From Tetramitus jugosus (Eukaryota; Protista; Heterolobosea): a DNA stretch of 64,000 nucleotides. A model generated the notes under the pieces. That model saw nothing but the letters and a program-made list of their open reading frames with translations, ran no database searches and was not told where the DNA came from. Position numbers and translations under genes: made by a program. The first letter of the stretch is position 1. Each line of letters begins with the position of its first letter. The DNA lies in contig OW569381.1 in assembly GCA_937625935.1 (NCBI GenBank), positions 248,001-312,000 on the forward strand, read 5' to 3'. Shown here piece by piece: positions 11,220 through 25,351 of the stretch.

Positions 11220-12569
11220 ATGGTAGAATACGGTTCAGTTCTTAATCCAAATGTTGGTGCTCCAATGCAACAACCAATGACCTCCTATGCGCCTCAGTCA
11301 TCAGTGCCTGTTCCAGGAAGTACATCGTCATTTATGCCACAAACTTCATCCTCGTTGACACGCCAACCAGTTTCTTCTTTTTCACAAGCACCTGTGACTG
11401 AAGTAGTTGATGTGTATGAAAGAGAGGTTGTGACTCAACCAATTGTACAAGAAGTGAGACATCATCCAGTAACTGAAGTGAGAGAACAAGTGATCAGAAG
11501 AGATGTCTATGAAACTCCAACAACTCGATATGTCACACAACCAACCATGATGTCTCAACCAACATCCATGTCTACTCAACCGATCATGACAACCCAACCT
11601 GCACGAACAAGTCAAGGATGGCAACAGGTTCCTTCTTCTTCATCTGGTACTACTGACACCGACCAAGAAAAGCAAGGCATCTTCACGAGATTGAAGAGAA
11701 AGTTCAATCAACCAAAGTTCGAAGTAGCACCAACCTCTACAACCACCACGACACTCCCTGGATCCTATCAGGCCATGCCATATCCAGTATCCCGTGAGAC
11801 ATCATATGCCAACTACAATGAATCATTCACCACAGGTGGTGCACGTGTTGGAACTGTGGGTGCAGTCCCCATTCAGCAGCAACAACCTTGGCAGAGTCAA
11901 CAGCAACAAATCCAACCTCAATTGTTGCCACAACAACAATCTGTGGTTCAGCAACAACTACCACAACAACAGCAATGGGCTCAACAACCAATGATACAAC
12001 AACCGCTTGTTCAACAACCCTTGATACAACAACAGCAACAACCAGTATGGTCTCAACCAATTCTCCAACAGCAACAACAACCTTTGTTGTCTCAAGGATA
12101 TCCTGCATCTGGAGGAGGAAATTGGCAACAAGTCATCAGTCAACCCATTCTTCAATCTGAGGCACCACAGTCTTCCTCATTCCTCCAGCGAACACCACAA
12201 CAGCAACAACAACAGATATACAGAGAAGGTGACAGTTCATTGCCAATCCGCCATGTTCATAGACACACTCAACAGAGCTATTATCAATCATCTTCTGAGC
12301 CATTTGGTCGATCATCTGAGCGATTTGATCAAGACGAGTACTTTGATAAGTATTTGGGCAAGTCATCTCCAAGCAGATCCTCCTCTTCGAACATGAACTG
12401 GAATCAACAACAACAGTCGCATCAATCTTCTTCACGTCGATTCGAGGACGAAGTCGATATCGAACAGGTTGACTACTCTGATGCCATGGGAGGAAAGAAG
12501 GGTACTTGGCATGCCTCATGGAACAACGATCCAGCGAATAAGGCCAGAAGCTCCACACCTGATCTCTAA
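11220..12569 (+). CDS. Q/P/S-rich low-complexity protein (449 aa)
   Basis: ATG-initiated ORF with a V/E/P-rich segment (PVTEVVDVYEREVVTQPIVQEVRHHPVTEVREQVIRR) and QQP repeats. Confidence 0.7.
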   Translation: MVEYGSVLNPNVGAPMQQPMTSYAPQSSVPVPGSTSSFMPQTSSSLTRQPVSSFSQAPVTEVVDVYEREVVTQPIVQEVRHHPVTEVREQVIRRDVYETPTTRYVTQPTMMSQPTSMSTQPIMTTQPARTSQGWQQVPSSSSGTTDTDQEKQGIFTRLKRKFNQPKFEVAPTSTTTTTLPGSYQAMPYPVSRETSYANYNESFTTGGARVGTVGAVPIQQQQPWQSQQQQIQPQLLPQQQSVVQQQLPQQQQWAQQPMIQQPLVQQPLIQQQQQPVWSQPILQQQQQPLLSQGYPASGGGNWQQVISQPILQSEAPQSSSFLQRTPQQQQQQIYREGDSSLPIRHVHRHTQQSYYQSSSEPFGRSSERFDQDEYFDKYLGKSSPSRSSSSNMNWNQQQQSHQSSSRRFEDEVDIEQVDYSDAMGGKKGTWHASWNNDPANKARSSTPDL

Positions 12570-12882
12570 TTTGTAAAAAATAAAATTCCCTTCCTGCATT
12601 CTGATTTCTCCTTCCCTTACTCCGAAGTACCGACTCAAATCCTAAATACTTTTTTCCCCACAGCCAACAAAACACGAGTACTAGTACGAGTACGGGGTAT
12701 GATACTCCCAAAGGTTCCCTCAAAATGAGCTACAACAATTACCATCATCAAGATCTCACCCACAACAAAACCAACAAAAACACACCAATAAGCTTAAGTG
12801 TTTAAGCTGCAGCACTACATCTCATAAATATCACGATATTAAGATAAGCACAAGCTATAGTCACAGTCACAGACAGTAAGAC

Positions 12883-13092
12883 ATGAACCAACAACAAGCA
12901 CCTTCCGAGGTTTTCAACAATTATGAGAACTATCAGTATGACATGGTTGATCATCTCCACCAAGCTAGTGTTGGTAGTTTGCAGAATGGGAATCACCAGG
13001 GGGATGATGAGGATGCTGCTGAAATCACGAGCTTTCTCATTGACATGCGTGAAGACTTAAAGCGTTTACAGAACACAAATAGATCAGAATAA
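12883..13092 (+). CDS. Small acidic hypothetical protein (69 aa)
   Basis: ATG ORF with protein-like composition, directly followed by AATAAA. Confidence 0.3.
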   Translation: MNQQQAPSEVFNNYENYQYDMVDHLHQASVGSLQNGNHQGDDEDAAEITSFLIDMREDLKRLQNTNRSE

Positions 13093-13945
13093 TAAAGTTT
13101 TGTTCAGACCATACATAGACTGTGTTCACCATTGTCACAACATGGCAGTCACAACAAGTATGAATCCGAAACCTGAAAACAACTGCTTCACATGTTAGTT
13201 GTGAGAGTTGATAAAAGTACTAACCCAAATTTGTGCGTTGGGGTCAAACAGGGCCTTTGTACTTGGGGTTCCCACTCTGTAAGATCCTGTTTGGCTAACC
13301 AGTCCTGCCATGTCATCTCTTGACCAATACTGTCGAGGGATACCTTATGATTTTTCATCTCTTGTAAGATGTGAAGCTCCTCAGTTTTTGGATAGGTGTC
13401 CCTATTGCTATATCTTAGCATGTGACGCAAAGGGAATACTTTCTGGTTGCAAATTGAGAACATTGTTAGGTGGTGCTTCGATGGAAGGTTTAAGAGTTGA
13501 ACCTCAGTTCTCTGTTTTCTTAGATTCTGGGTTTCTTCTTTTACGATAACGGAGAAACACTAACGGTGTCTCAGTTGTTTGAGCTCTTCTTACTTGTTAG
13601 GATGTCACCTCACCATGCTAAAATATTTCTTCAGAAAGAGAAGCTGAGAGATCATGGACGAATGTGAGAGGGACTTGAGAATCAATGTGTTTGTAGTAAG
13701 TCCTCCCTAACAGAGAAGCAATGTTGGCAGGATTGATAATTATTCAATCATTAGCCTAAACAGATCTAGTTTTATTGTCTCTCAATCGATCTCTTCCTCG
13801 AATTCTGTCAAAGCTCAGAATACAACCAAAGGATTTCCACTCGGAGAAACTACACGAAGCTTCCAAAAAGCGTGTTGAAAAAAATATCAATTCCCCTACC
13901 ACAAAACAACAAAAACAACATCCACCTACCATTTCACTAATCTAA

Positions 13946-16900
13946 ATGAACTCTAGTCATGTCAGAGTATTTCAGTCACAGGACATTCTCTGTCCAGACA
14001 ATGATGAACCACTCTGTATTGCATCAAGCAACAGTCTCTTTTGGGTTGCTTTAGCTTCAGGTGTCATTCGAGGTTACTCTACTCAGAGTAGTAGCTTTCA
14101 TCCCAGTACTACTTTATCATCCACTACTAAAGCTAATCATGATAATAGTAGTAATGATGATGATGATGATGAAAAAAGGATGTCATCAAAAAATAATGAT
14201 AGTACGAGTGGTGGTGCTAATGATGGTGCTAATGGTGATAAAAATGAACCGTTTCATCGATTGTATGAATTGAGACCATTGTGGCCAATTGTAGTTGACA
14301 TGTGTTACCTTGATGATCTCAAACGATTGATTACAATTGAAAAACGACCCAATCAAAACAATCATACTGTGAATGGAAATGATGAAAAAATGATGACGCA
14401 TCAACAAGTGTGTCGCATCTATCACTTTTTATGGGATCAAAAAGAATGTAAAACAAAAATTGGAGTGTGTACGTTGCCTATTGGTATCAATGTAAAGTTG
14501 ATTAATGTGTGTAATCAGTCCAATATGATTCAAGTACATGCGGATCGAATGATTACTCTGTGGGCGTTTCCCTTCTTGTATGCTTCTTCATCATCGGCTT
14601 CGTCATCAGGTTTGGGATTGACCAATTCACAAATTTCGATGGCTCCCGTGTGCATCTTGAAACTGTATTGCTCGTGGAATATTAAGTGCATGTCCATTTT
14701 TAATCAATTTATGGGTTATGGTTCCGATACGGATGTTCGAATTGTTCGATTCAAGTTGATGAGTGATTTGATGGCGATGGACAGCTCTACCGCAGTAGAG
14801 GTGAATGAATCATCTTTGTCGAAACATGAGGACAAACCATTGACACTCAACAGTAGTAAGGTTGGTAATAGAAATGAAGAAGCGAATGGGAATCGAATTA
14901 GCAACAAGTCAAGTGAAGAGAGTGAATTGTGTACGGTTTGGGGTGTTTCGCAGTGCGCAATCGATGCACAGAATTATGTGGAAGTTCGGTTCAATTCGAC
15001 CAATTATGACTTGGTTCCATCTCCTGCCACTTCAACTTATCCACTCGCATCGTATGTACATATGTTTGTGATTGTGATTGTTATTGCTTTATGCTTACGT
15101 CTGTATATATATGAATAGATCTTTGGGTGTGAATAGAAAGAATGACAAAGCGTATGAAGTCATGGGTAAGACACCAACAGTTGACCATCCAACATTTGTA
15201 GATTGTAACTATATGTATGTATTGTTATTGTTGTAATTTGGTTGTTGTTACGACTGTTGATAGTGTTTGGAGACTCACTCTCTATTGGTTCTCAGTGAAA
15301 ACTGTACAAATCTATTGCACAAGCACTTTACTCAGTCTGAATCTGCTCGGTCTATTCACTTTATCAAGAACATTAGCAACAAGAAAGAATTTTATGAGGG
15401 AGACACTGGTATGCGATGCATCATCAGTACTTCGAACAAGGGCTATGTCTACGATATATCCAAGCTTCAACTGTTGTCTGAATTTGATTATACGGGCGAG
15501 TGTATTATGAGTGCTGTGAACTCATTGTTCTTGTTTGCGATCACTCCGGCCGGTATGGAAATTTGGTCCGTGTTGGGCAGTAAGCAAGGATGTTTACTGA
15601 AATTCCATCCATTCATTGGTCTAAAATCTGTGATTGCAACGAACCGCAAAGTTGTTTTGATGTCAAAGTTCAGCAGCAAGGAAAATGTTACAATTGCAGC
15701 ATACTACAATCATACGACATCGGAGACTGTCATTCTATCTGATATTCGTAGTGTTGACAAGTTGAGTTCTGGAGGAAAAACAATGGGTAGTTTGTTGCCC
15801 ATTTTCTCCAGTTGGAGAAAGCAAAAGCAACGAGAAACACCTGAAAAGCAGCAGCAAGTAGCACCCAAGGTTGAAGAAAAGATTACTTACTCTTACAATA
15901 TTTATGTGTTGGATGTTGTTGAATTGTGTGAAGTGTATGAGGATATATTAGAGAAGGCTCACGATGCCGAAGAGGAGAATGATGAAGAAAAACACGTCAG
16001 GCTCTTGATGGAATCTCACAGTTTGCTACAATCAAAGTATTATAATTTATTGGCAGAAGAGAGAAAGGCACAAGATCCAATTGCACTGTTACAGCTAAGA
16101 TCAGAACTCAACACGTACACACAGTTATTGAGAAAATCATTCGGTCTACTCGGAGATGCATATCTCAAGAAAAATAAGGCAGATCGTGCAGCATCATGCT
16201 TCTCACAGTCTGACCGACTGTTACACACTGTCTATGAACTTTTGCAAGCGAATCCTGCATCTCTAATTCGTTATCTGGAGTCTGTGTTGTTCAATGCATC
16301 AAAGAGCTTGATCACACAGCACAATGAAGAGATTGGAAACGATATTTTGAAGCTCTATAAGCAGTACGCTCCTCACCGCCTATCTACACTCATTCTTGAC
16401 TCGAGTTTAGCTTGCTATGATAAACAATTGGGTATTGAGCTTCTGATGCAATTCGGTGGAGAAATCATGAACCTACCAAACACCTCCAAGGATTTGGATC
16501 GCATTTTGAGCTCGTCATTCGACAATGGATACAATAGTGATTCCGACTTGGATGAAGAAAAGATTCCGGATGAAGCATTTGATCTACCAGCGGACGAGAT
16601 TGATCAAGACCAAGATTTACAGAACGAACTCGAAGAGCCAACGAATGCTGAAGACGAAGAATTGTTATCATGGTGGAGTGATACGAGACCAAAGGATTCA
16701 TTTGCTCTGACTTTGTTGCTCCTGGGAGTAAACGAGTCGAGTAAGGCAGTGAAACTCTTGTCATCGGTGGACTCTCAGACTATAACAGATCACATCGCCT
16801 CCAATCCGCATTTGTTGATGGATCAAGGAAAGGTGTCTTCATTCGGTCATGTCATGAGAACTCACTTTTGCTGGTGTCTGCTGGAAGCGCTCGTACGTCT

Positions 16901-18122
16901 GCTCACAAAACCTGTTACTTCCGTGTTGGACAGTCCAAAACCAGTGGTTCAATTATCAGTGCAAGACGTGATAGCTCTATTGACCAGCAACGAAGACACA
17001 AAATCGAACAATCGTATGCTTATTGAACGGTATCTCTCCATTGTTCTGCTAGCAAGAGATTGGATCAAGACAGAATTCTCGTCTACCTATTGCAATCTTG
17101 CCACCAGTCTCTATGACTACTACTTGGAAGACTTGAAGGAATATTCCAACTTGCTACGGTCTGGAGAAAAGATTGATCGAAGCCAATCATTGCGTTCTCT
17201 CAAATCAGTGTCTGAATTGAAAGAGTGGTGCTCATGCTTTGCTTATTCAATGATGGATCGTAGACATCGATGGTTAAATGATATGACATTGGTTGAGATT
17301 GAACGTTACCTCTTCAGCACCAATCAAACAGAAACCAACGACGATAGTGCAGAAACGCGTCAACCATCATCAGAATTGATTCACAAGACAGTTGTGAGAC
17401 TGTTGGAACAAGAGCCAACAGCTTCCAATTTTGAAGACATTTTCAGCACGGATCCACTCTTCCGTCTTTTGTACACTCTCTTCAATGCTCAGTCATTACT
17501 CTGTTTCATTGGAAGTGATCACCAATTGTACAAAAAATCCATTGTGATGATACCTGTGGAACCATCCAAATATTTCAGCTCGAATGACACGGATGCTGAT
17601 GATGTGTTTGTGGGAGCAAAGACACTCACTTCGAGACAACAGTTTAGACCAAGATTGTCACAACAAGTCACAGGATTCTTCCAGCACACATCGAGCTCTC
17701 TTTCTTTGAACAACGAAGCACCTGCTGGTGTCATATCCCTGCAAGTACTGAGCTTTACAGTACTGGGTCAACACGATCAATCGTTTGATACGTTATTGAC
17801 AGTGAAGCCTGAACTGACATTCATCTATGGAAACCATTACTGTAAGCGTTTGCATGAATGGAAATCATTAACTGATCGATTGATTGAACAATTGAGAAAG
17901 GACGAAGGAAAAACGAGCTCGTCTCCACTGATCGCAGTGTTTGAGAAGACATTGTGGTACTTGGCCAAGATACTGGTGCCTGAAGACTTTTTAACACTGA
18001 TACCAAAGGACGGAGACGTGAGCTACTTTTTACCATTCATACGGTACTGTTTTAGCTGTGCCTGCTCCAACAGTTGCTACGAAGCCATGTTGGACATTCA
18101 GCAACAAAAAGAGTACAATTGA
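13946..18122 (+). CDS. HPS3: BLOC-2 complex subunit HPS3 homolog
   Basis: Introns 15052-15118 and about 15219-15263 give one frame. HPS3-like blocks: VFQSQDILC..EP, GYVYDIS..LLSEFDY, FIGLKSV..VVLMSK, YNIYVL..EVYEDI, LLMESHSLL, and C-terminal FLTLIPKDGDVSYFLPFI. Confidence 0.8.
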
Positions 18123-18549
18123 GAACGTCAGGAATCGAGTGTTCCTCTTATAAAATATGTTGCATTTCCATAAGATAATTATCATGTTACAATTGTTCAT
18201 TCTTCAGAAATAACAAGACCACATAGAGTAGCTAAAATAATAATAATAATATTTGTATTTGTGGTTGTTGTTGTAGAGTTGGATTGTCATTGTCATATTT
18301 CACATATATCTCATTTAGCTCCTGTCCACATTTTCAATCAGAAAATAGAGCAAACAAGGCTAAAGCAGTAGATTTGGTGGTTGTGTGGTTGTGTGTGTGG
18401 ATCTGTATGTGCATCATGTGAGACTATCAATTGTGACTCCATTTTGTGTGTGTCACACACTCGATTGTACTTGCCAATCGAAAAAAAATATAGATAATGC
18501 TTCTACACACATACACACACATATTCACACACATGCACACTCACACATT

Positions 18550-19467
<918 letters not shown>

Positions 19468-19964
19468 TTAGAGTTGTTGTTGATACTTTAATGGAATGAT
19501 ATTAGTGGAGGAGGGGTATCTCTCTGTTTCAGTATTTTGTTGTTGTTTTGTTTTGTTTTTTGGTTGTTCTGTGTTTGGAAGATTCGATGAGTCGGTGGAA
19601 TCATGGAGGAGTTTTCCGTTAGAAGTTACCTTCTATTTTTAAAGAGAATCCGCTTGGCGGGTGAGGGAAAAGAACAAAAAATCGTAGATGCCCGGGATAT
19701 TTTGGTTCTTTTGTTGAATGCACCGTTCAACGTTGTAACACTCAAATCAATCAACCGATCCCAAAAAAACCGCCTTCATTGAACAAAAAAAACAAACCAT
19801 TCAATATCAACCTTGCGCCATACATAACACTTGTCTACAAACTTCTTGTTACCAAACAGCGTTTTTTTAGTTGAATGATTCCAACCCAATCCTAAAAACA
19901 AACCAAGAAAACACACTGAGGCTAAAACTATTTCTTGCAACACAAAACAACAACCACCGTGTAA

Positions 19965-22900
19965 ATGAACAACTTTTTGCACCAAAACAGTGTTTCTGGC
20001 ACTTCATCACCACCTAACTCCACATCTCCAATCAACCAGTTTCAACCATCACAACAACAGCAGCAATTTTCCTCTGTTTTGTTGCAACAACCAAACATGA
20101 ACTCCCAAAGTTCACCACCACAACAACAGGCGCCTGTTCTCCTCTCCCAACAATCAGTCTTTGGTCTCCCTGCTGCACAACCTCAAGTTGTGACACAAAA
20201 CTCGGTGCCCCAACAGCAACAACAAATCTACCTGAATCCACTCATGTTTCCATCACTCTTGACTCCCAATATGCTCACTTCATTGAACTTGCAACCGGAT
20301 ATCGCCAACCAGTTTGTGAATAACAACTTGAATCAACAGAGCTCAATCTTTTTGGAGCAATCCAATCGCCCTCCAATCGTACCAAATCAGGTGGTGAACC
20401 AACAAGTTCCACCAACACAAGAGTCCCAAAAAGCTCCTCAACAAGCACCACAGCCTTTGCAAAAACCAAAATCAGCAGCTGCCAAACTTATTACCTATGC
20501 TCCTCGACAACAAAACTCGGACGCGACAGCAGCGAACCAAGTGTCTTCACAGGGCACTGGCTCCGTCTCTCCAAGTGAGCCAAAGCCAGAAGAAATCAAA
20601 CCAAAGGTTCCAAAAGCGAAAAAGGTCCCATTCGAGACTCGATTGAATGAGTTGAAGGATTCGCGAGGAGCCATTGATAAGATGGAGTCTGTTCCTGCGT
20701 TTGTAAAACTGATGGAAGAGGAAAAGGCGATGAAAAACAGGCCATTCATGTTGGCTGCGATCAATGTTTCTAGTAAGGCCATCCAAGAGAAAATGATTGA
20801 GCTCCATGCTGTAAATATTATGAGAGATTGGCTGAAGGACACTAGCGAAAAAAATAAGCCAAAAATTATGCTTCACATACTCAACGTTTTATCCAATATG
20901 CCATTGACACTTGAGAATCTGAAGGATTCTGAGGTGGCCAAAGTCGTGAAATCCATGTTGAAGACTCAGACCAATGAACGTATGTATTTTTTTTTCTTTT
21001 CTGATTCTATCATTTCATCCGAATCTTGAGGTGGTTGGTATGTACATGGATGAGGACATTTTGAAACACATGTCGACGATGAAAATCATGCGAATCGATG
21101 CGATGTAAGAAATTTTTTGTTTCGTGCACTTGCAAACATCAAAGTTGTACCACTGCACTGTGTGTAAGGTGTTGTTGCTTCTTCTTAAAGAAGTCAGTGG
21201 AATCATCTATGATGAACGCGTTGGCACATTCTTTACGAACGATTTCCATTAAATTCAAATTTGAAAAGCCAAATTACAAAAACAAAATGATGATATTGAG
21301 CCCATGACACAACTTACAACAACAACAGTCTCCGTGAAGAAAAAGTATCGCGCAGTGTAGTGACATACACACAGACCTCTGTGTTTTCATTCATTTGTCT
21401 CACATACCAATCATCCTCCTCTTCGTCCTCACTGATGACAATAAAAACAATGTATATAAACTTCAGAAGAAAAGTACTAAAAAAGCAAACCTTGTTGTAT
21501 AACTAAACAGAACTGCGAACAAAGATTGAATCAACCATTAAACAATGGAGAAGATTGGCAGAGAAGCTCAAGCAAGACCAAGCACCACCCATTCCTATTC
21601 CCAAGAAATCCAAGGAGGTGAAGCCTGACTCTGACTCTGGTGGAATATTTTCGATGATATCCAATACATCCATACCCAAGAAAACACCTCAGTCGTCCTC
21701 TGCATCCATACCAAAGGTGCCCCTCAAGCAACCAGATGGAAGAAGAACTCAGGCGATTGACCTCAGTGCAGAGAACAAGAAGGCCAACGGACCACCCTCA
21801 ATGAGATCAACTGCTCTGCTTCCCAAGTCATCTGTACCACCAAGCGGTAACAACAACCCTCAATTGATGAAGCGTAAGGCTGATGACAGATCCTTGGATT
21901 CTGAGCAAGCAGCAAAGCGTGCTAGAACTAGTCCACCCAGAAGTGAAATGAGGTCTCAAGCAGAGAGCAGTTCATCATTATCAGGTGCATCCCGGAAGAG
22001 ACGAGTCAGGTGGTCCGAGACACTGGAGCACGTAAAGACATTTGACAAGGAGATGCCAGTTGACGGTTCAGAGCTTGACCAATCAGAATTATTGATCCAA
22101 CAACAACAGCAGCAGCAACAGCAGCAACAACAACAGCAATCCCACGGCCATGCCTACAACCAGGACAGAGTCAATGAGAAGAAATTCTTTGAACAACAGA
22201 GAGAGGAGAAGCGCAAAAAACTGGAGGCCATGGTGGTAAAAACAAACTGGGTACTACCACTTCCTCTCGCTAAAGTCATTGCCAAATATCGTGGTCAGGA
22301 GAGTCAGGAAGCTGCTCAGAGACGTAACGAGCACATGAAACGACCTGAGGTCATGTATTTTAACCCCAGAGACATACCATCTACTCCATCCAGTCCAGTT
22401 CCTGCTCTCAATTCAGCACTCTTGAAGAACCTTGTTTCAGCACTGCAAAGTGCCTCGACTACAACTCCTGCAATGCCCACCGCGACCCCAAACATAAACA
22501 ACTTCGCTCGTCCTCAACCACAGATGAACATCGCCCAAATGCACAATTACGGTCATGGTTACTCTGACAATAGACAACAACATGGTGGGTTCTCTCAACC
22601 TCAGCCACAACAACAACAGCTGCCATACTTTGAACAGCCGCTCTTGCAGCAAAGAGGTCTAGCACCACAAAACCTGGCGCCTCCAATGTCAATCAACCCG
22701 CCAGGCTCTATCTCAACCAAACCAAGCAAGGGTATCCGTTGTAGATTCTTTGAAACGAGCATGGGTTGCAGAAACGGTCAGGGCTGTCCATTTTACCACG
22801 AAGGAGAAGATCCAATCCCACCAGGTGGTGTCAAGGAGTTCGACCCAGAGATTGCCAGACAATTGCAACAGAGCAGACAAGCAAAGCAACATAGGCATGC

Positions 22901-23027
22901 TGGAGGAAGCGGAGGACAGTCTTCGAACAACAGACAAAGCAATCCATTGCCCTCACAACCATATTCTGGTGCAAGTACCAGTCCCTACAGCCAATCTCAA
23001 CAACAAAATTACGGCCGTTATCGGTGA
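19965..23027 (+). CDS. PNUTS/PPP1R10-like PP1 nuclear targeting subunit
   Basis: Intron 20980-21510 joins the ORFs in frame. TFIIS-N-like domain (WLK..LNVLSNMPLT..LKDS.VAKVVK..W), PP1 RVxW motif KRRVRW, and a C-terminal CCCH finger CRFFETSMGCRNGQGCPFYH. Confidence 0.8.
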
Positions 23028-23494
23028 TTAGCCTCCATCTACATTGTGTGAACAAGGCTAAACAATAAACAGAAATGCACACAGAATTTCCAATTTTCCA
23101 AGTGAAACAAGTAAAGATATTTTTTCAAGAGTTTTTATTGTTTTTTGTACAATTTCATTCATTCAAGCTGAACCAGAGCTTTGTGTGAGTCAAACATGTC
23201 AGTGGTCGACAACTAAAGCTCGACCTCACATGAGGTGTTGTGTCTGATGCATGTTGTTGCTTTGTAGTTGAGTTGTGGCCTCAACCGCCGATTACAAAAT
23301 CAGAAAGTTTTTTTTAGGTCATCAGGATTTTCTTGTTGGATAGAAATTTCCTGATCTTTGGTGGGGATGACAACGAGCGAGGTTGTTGGCGACTCACTCA
23401 AAATTCCTTTAGCCATTGTGTTGTTTTTCCATCCACCTGTTTAGCAAAACCAACACACTCAAACCAACCCCAATAACAACAACCCTAAATAACA

Positions 23495-25170
23495 ATGTCC
23501 AGTGATAGCAAGCTCTCCGTCAATGACTACTTGAACAAGTATCAATTGCAAAAGTTGATTGAAGACGCAATCAACCACTGCTACCAAACTCAAGCTACCA
23601 ACCCAACTGCTTACATGGTATGTCGTCAACTAAAACTCTAAATCTCTGATGATCTCTCGTCACTTGACAAGAAGAAGTGATCACAGCTTTTTTTTTTATT
23701 GTTTGTTGCAACAACGAAAGCTTTTTTATACGTGTGATCGCAAACAAGAGCTAACACTGAACAACACCCCACTCATCAATCAAACCATATTAATAGGCTT
23801 CATACTTTAGCACCAGAACCAACACTCAAGCCATTCAAAAGCTCGTTGGTAGAGAAATCTTGGACAGTCGTGGTAACCCAACTGTCGAAGTTGACGTGTA
23901 CACTAGTGAAGACAAGGTTGCTGGTCGTGCTTCTGCACCATCTGGAGCCTCTACTGGATCCAATGAAGCTCTTGAGCTCAGAGACGGTGACAAGAGCAGA
24001 TACTTGGGCAAGGGTGTCACCAAGTCTGTCAACAACATCAATGGCCCATTGAGTGAATCACTCAAGGGAAAGAATGTTGATAATTTGAGAGAGTGCGATG
24101 ATGCAATGAGACAAAAGGACGGAACAGAGTTGAAGACCAACCTCGGTGGTAACTCTGTCACTGCTGCATCCTTTGCTATTGCTACTGCTGGTGCCAATTT
24201 GGCTGGTGAGGAGCTCTATGAGTACTTGGCAAGACAATTCACTCCAGAAAAGTCTGAGGAAGAGTCTACCACCACCAAGGCACAAAGATCCTTCTCCATC
24301 CCTACTCCATTGGTCAACATTTTGAACGGTGGAAAGCACGCTGGTGGCAAGCTCAAGATTCAAGAGTTTATGATTGTCCCAAGAAGCGACATTGAGTTCA
24401 AGGAGGCATTGAGACATGTCACTGAAGTGTATCACGCATTGGGAAGCTTGTTGACTGCCGAGTGTGGTCCATCATCAAAGAATGTTGGTGACGAGGGTGG
24501 TTTCGCACCATCTTTGGACACACCTGAACAAGCATTGACCTTTATTGAGAGAGCTGTTGAGAAGGCTGGTTACACTGTTGGTGAGGACATTTTCCTTGCT
24601 ATTGATGCTGCTGCTTCTGAGTTTTATGACCGTGAAACTGGAAAGTATGAGGCTATTGAAGGTACTTTCTTCACCTCTGATGAGATGGTTGATTTCTATG
24701 AGAAGATGATCAATGATCATCCTTCCTTCATTTCATTGGAAGATGCTTTGGACGAGAAGGATTATGATGGATGGAAGAAATTGACTGCCAGATTGGGCAA
24801 CAGAGTCCTGTTGGTCGGTGATGACTTGTACACTACAAACACCAGATTGATTAAGCAAGGTTTGGAAGAGAAGTGGGCCAATGCATTGTTGTTGAAGGTT
24901 AACCAAATTGGTTCCATTACTGAGTCTATGGACGCTGCTTCCATGATCTTTGGTGCTCAACAAAATGTGATTGTTTCCCACAGATCTGGTGAAACTGCCA
25001 CCACCATCATTTCTGATTTGGCTGTTGCTATCAATGCCCAGTTCATTAAGACTGGTGCCCCAGCAAGAGGCGAGAGAGTTGGAAAGTACAACAGACTGTT
25101 GCAAATCGAAGAAGACTTGAAGAAGAAGGACTTGTTGAAGATTAGAGAACAACCTCAATTCAACAAGTAA
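23495..25170 (+). CDS. ENO: Enolase with an N-terminal helical (D/D-like) extension
   Basis: Exon 1 at 23495-23617, intron 23618-23796. Then REILDSRGNPTVEV, PSGASTG, NVGDEGGFAP, LLKVNQIG, VSHRSGET and KYNRLLQIEE. Confidence 0.97.
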
Positions 25171-25351
25171 AATAAATTACCAATGACTATTGACCATTGC
25201 CAAGCAGTTTTTGTTGTTTCCGTGGTATTTAAAAAAAGAGGGGGAACTTGCGAACAGTTCTGAAGCATCTCACCTGTCCTCCTCAAGAAAAAAACTGAAC
25301 AAGAACAAGAAAACATTCACAAAGATCACACCTTTCTGTTATTTGTTCCTC

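Noticed and set aside
13100-13800. Possible minus-strand spliced gene around ORF 13188-13463
   Set aside because: An intron-like GTTAGT..CAG is present, but there is no convincing start, stop or recognisable domain.
22095-22140. CAA/CAG trinucleotide repeat
   Set aside because: An ordinary polyglutamine tract within the PNUTS-like CDS.
24058-25158. Long antisense ORFs over enolase (and similarly over other genes)
   Set aside because: Shadow ORFs caused by codon bias of the sense-strand genes.
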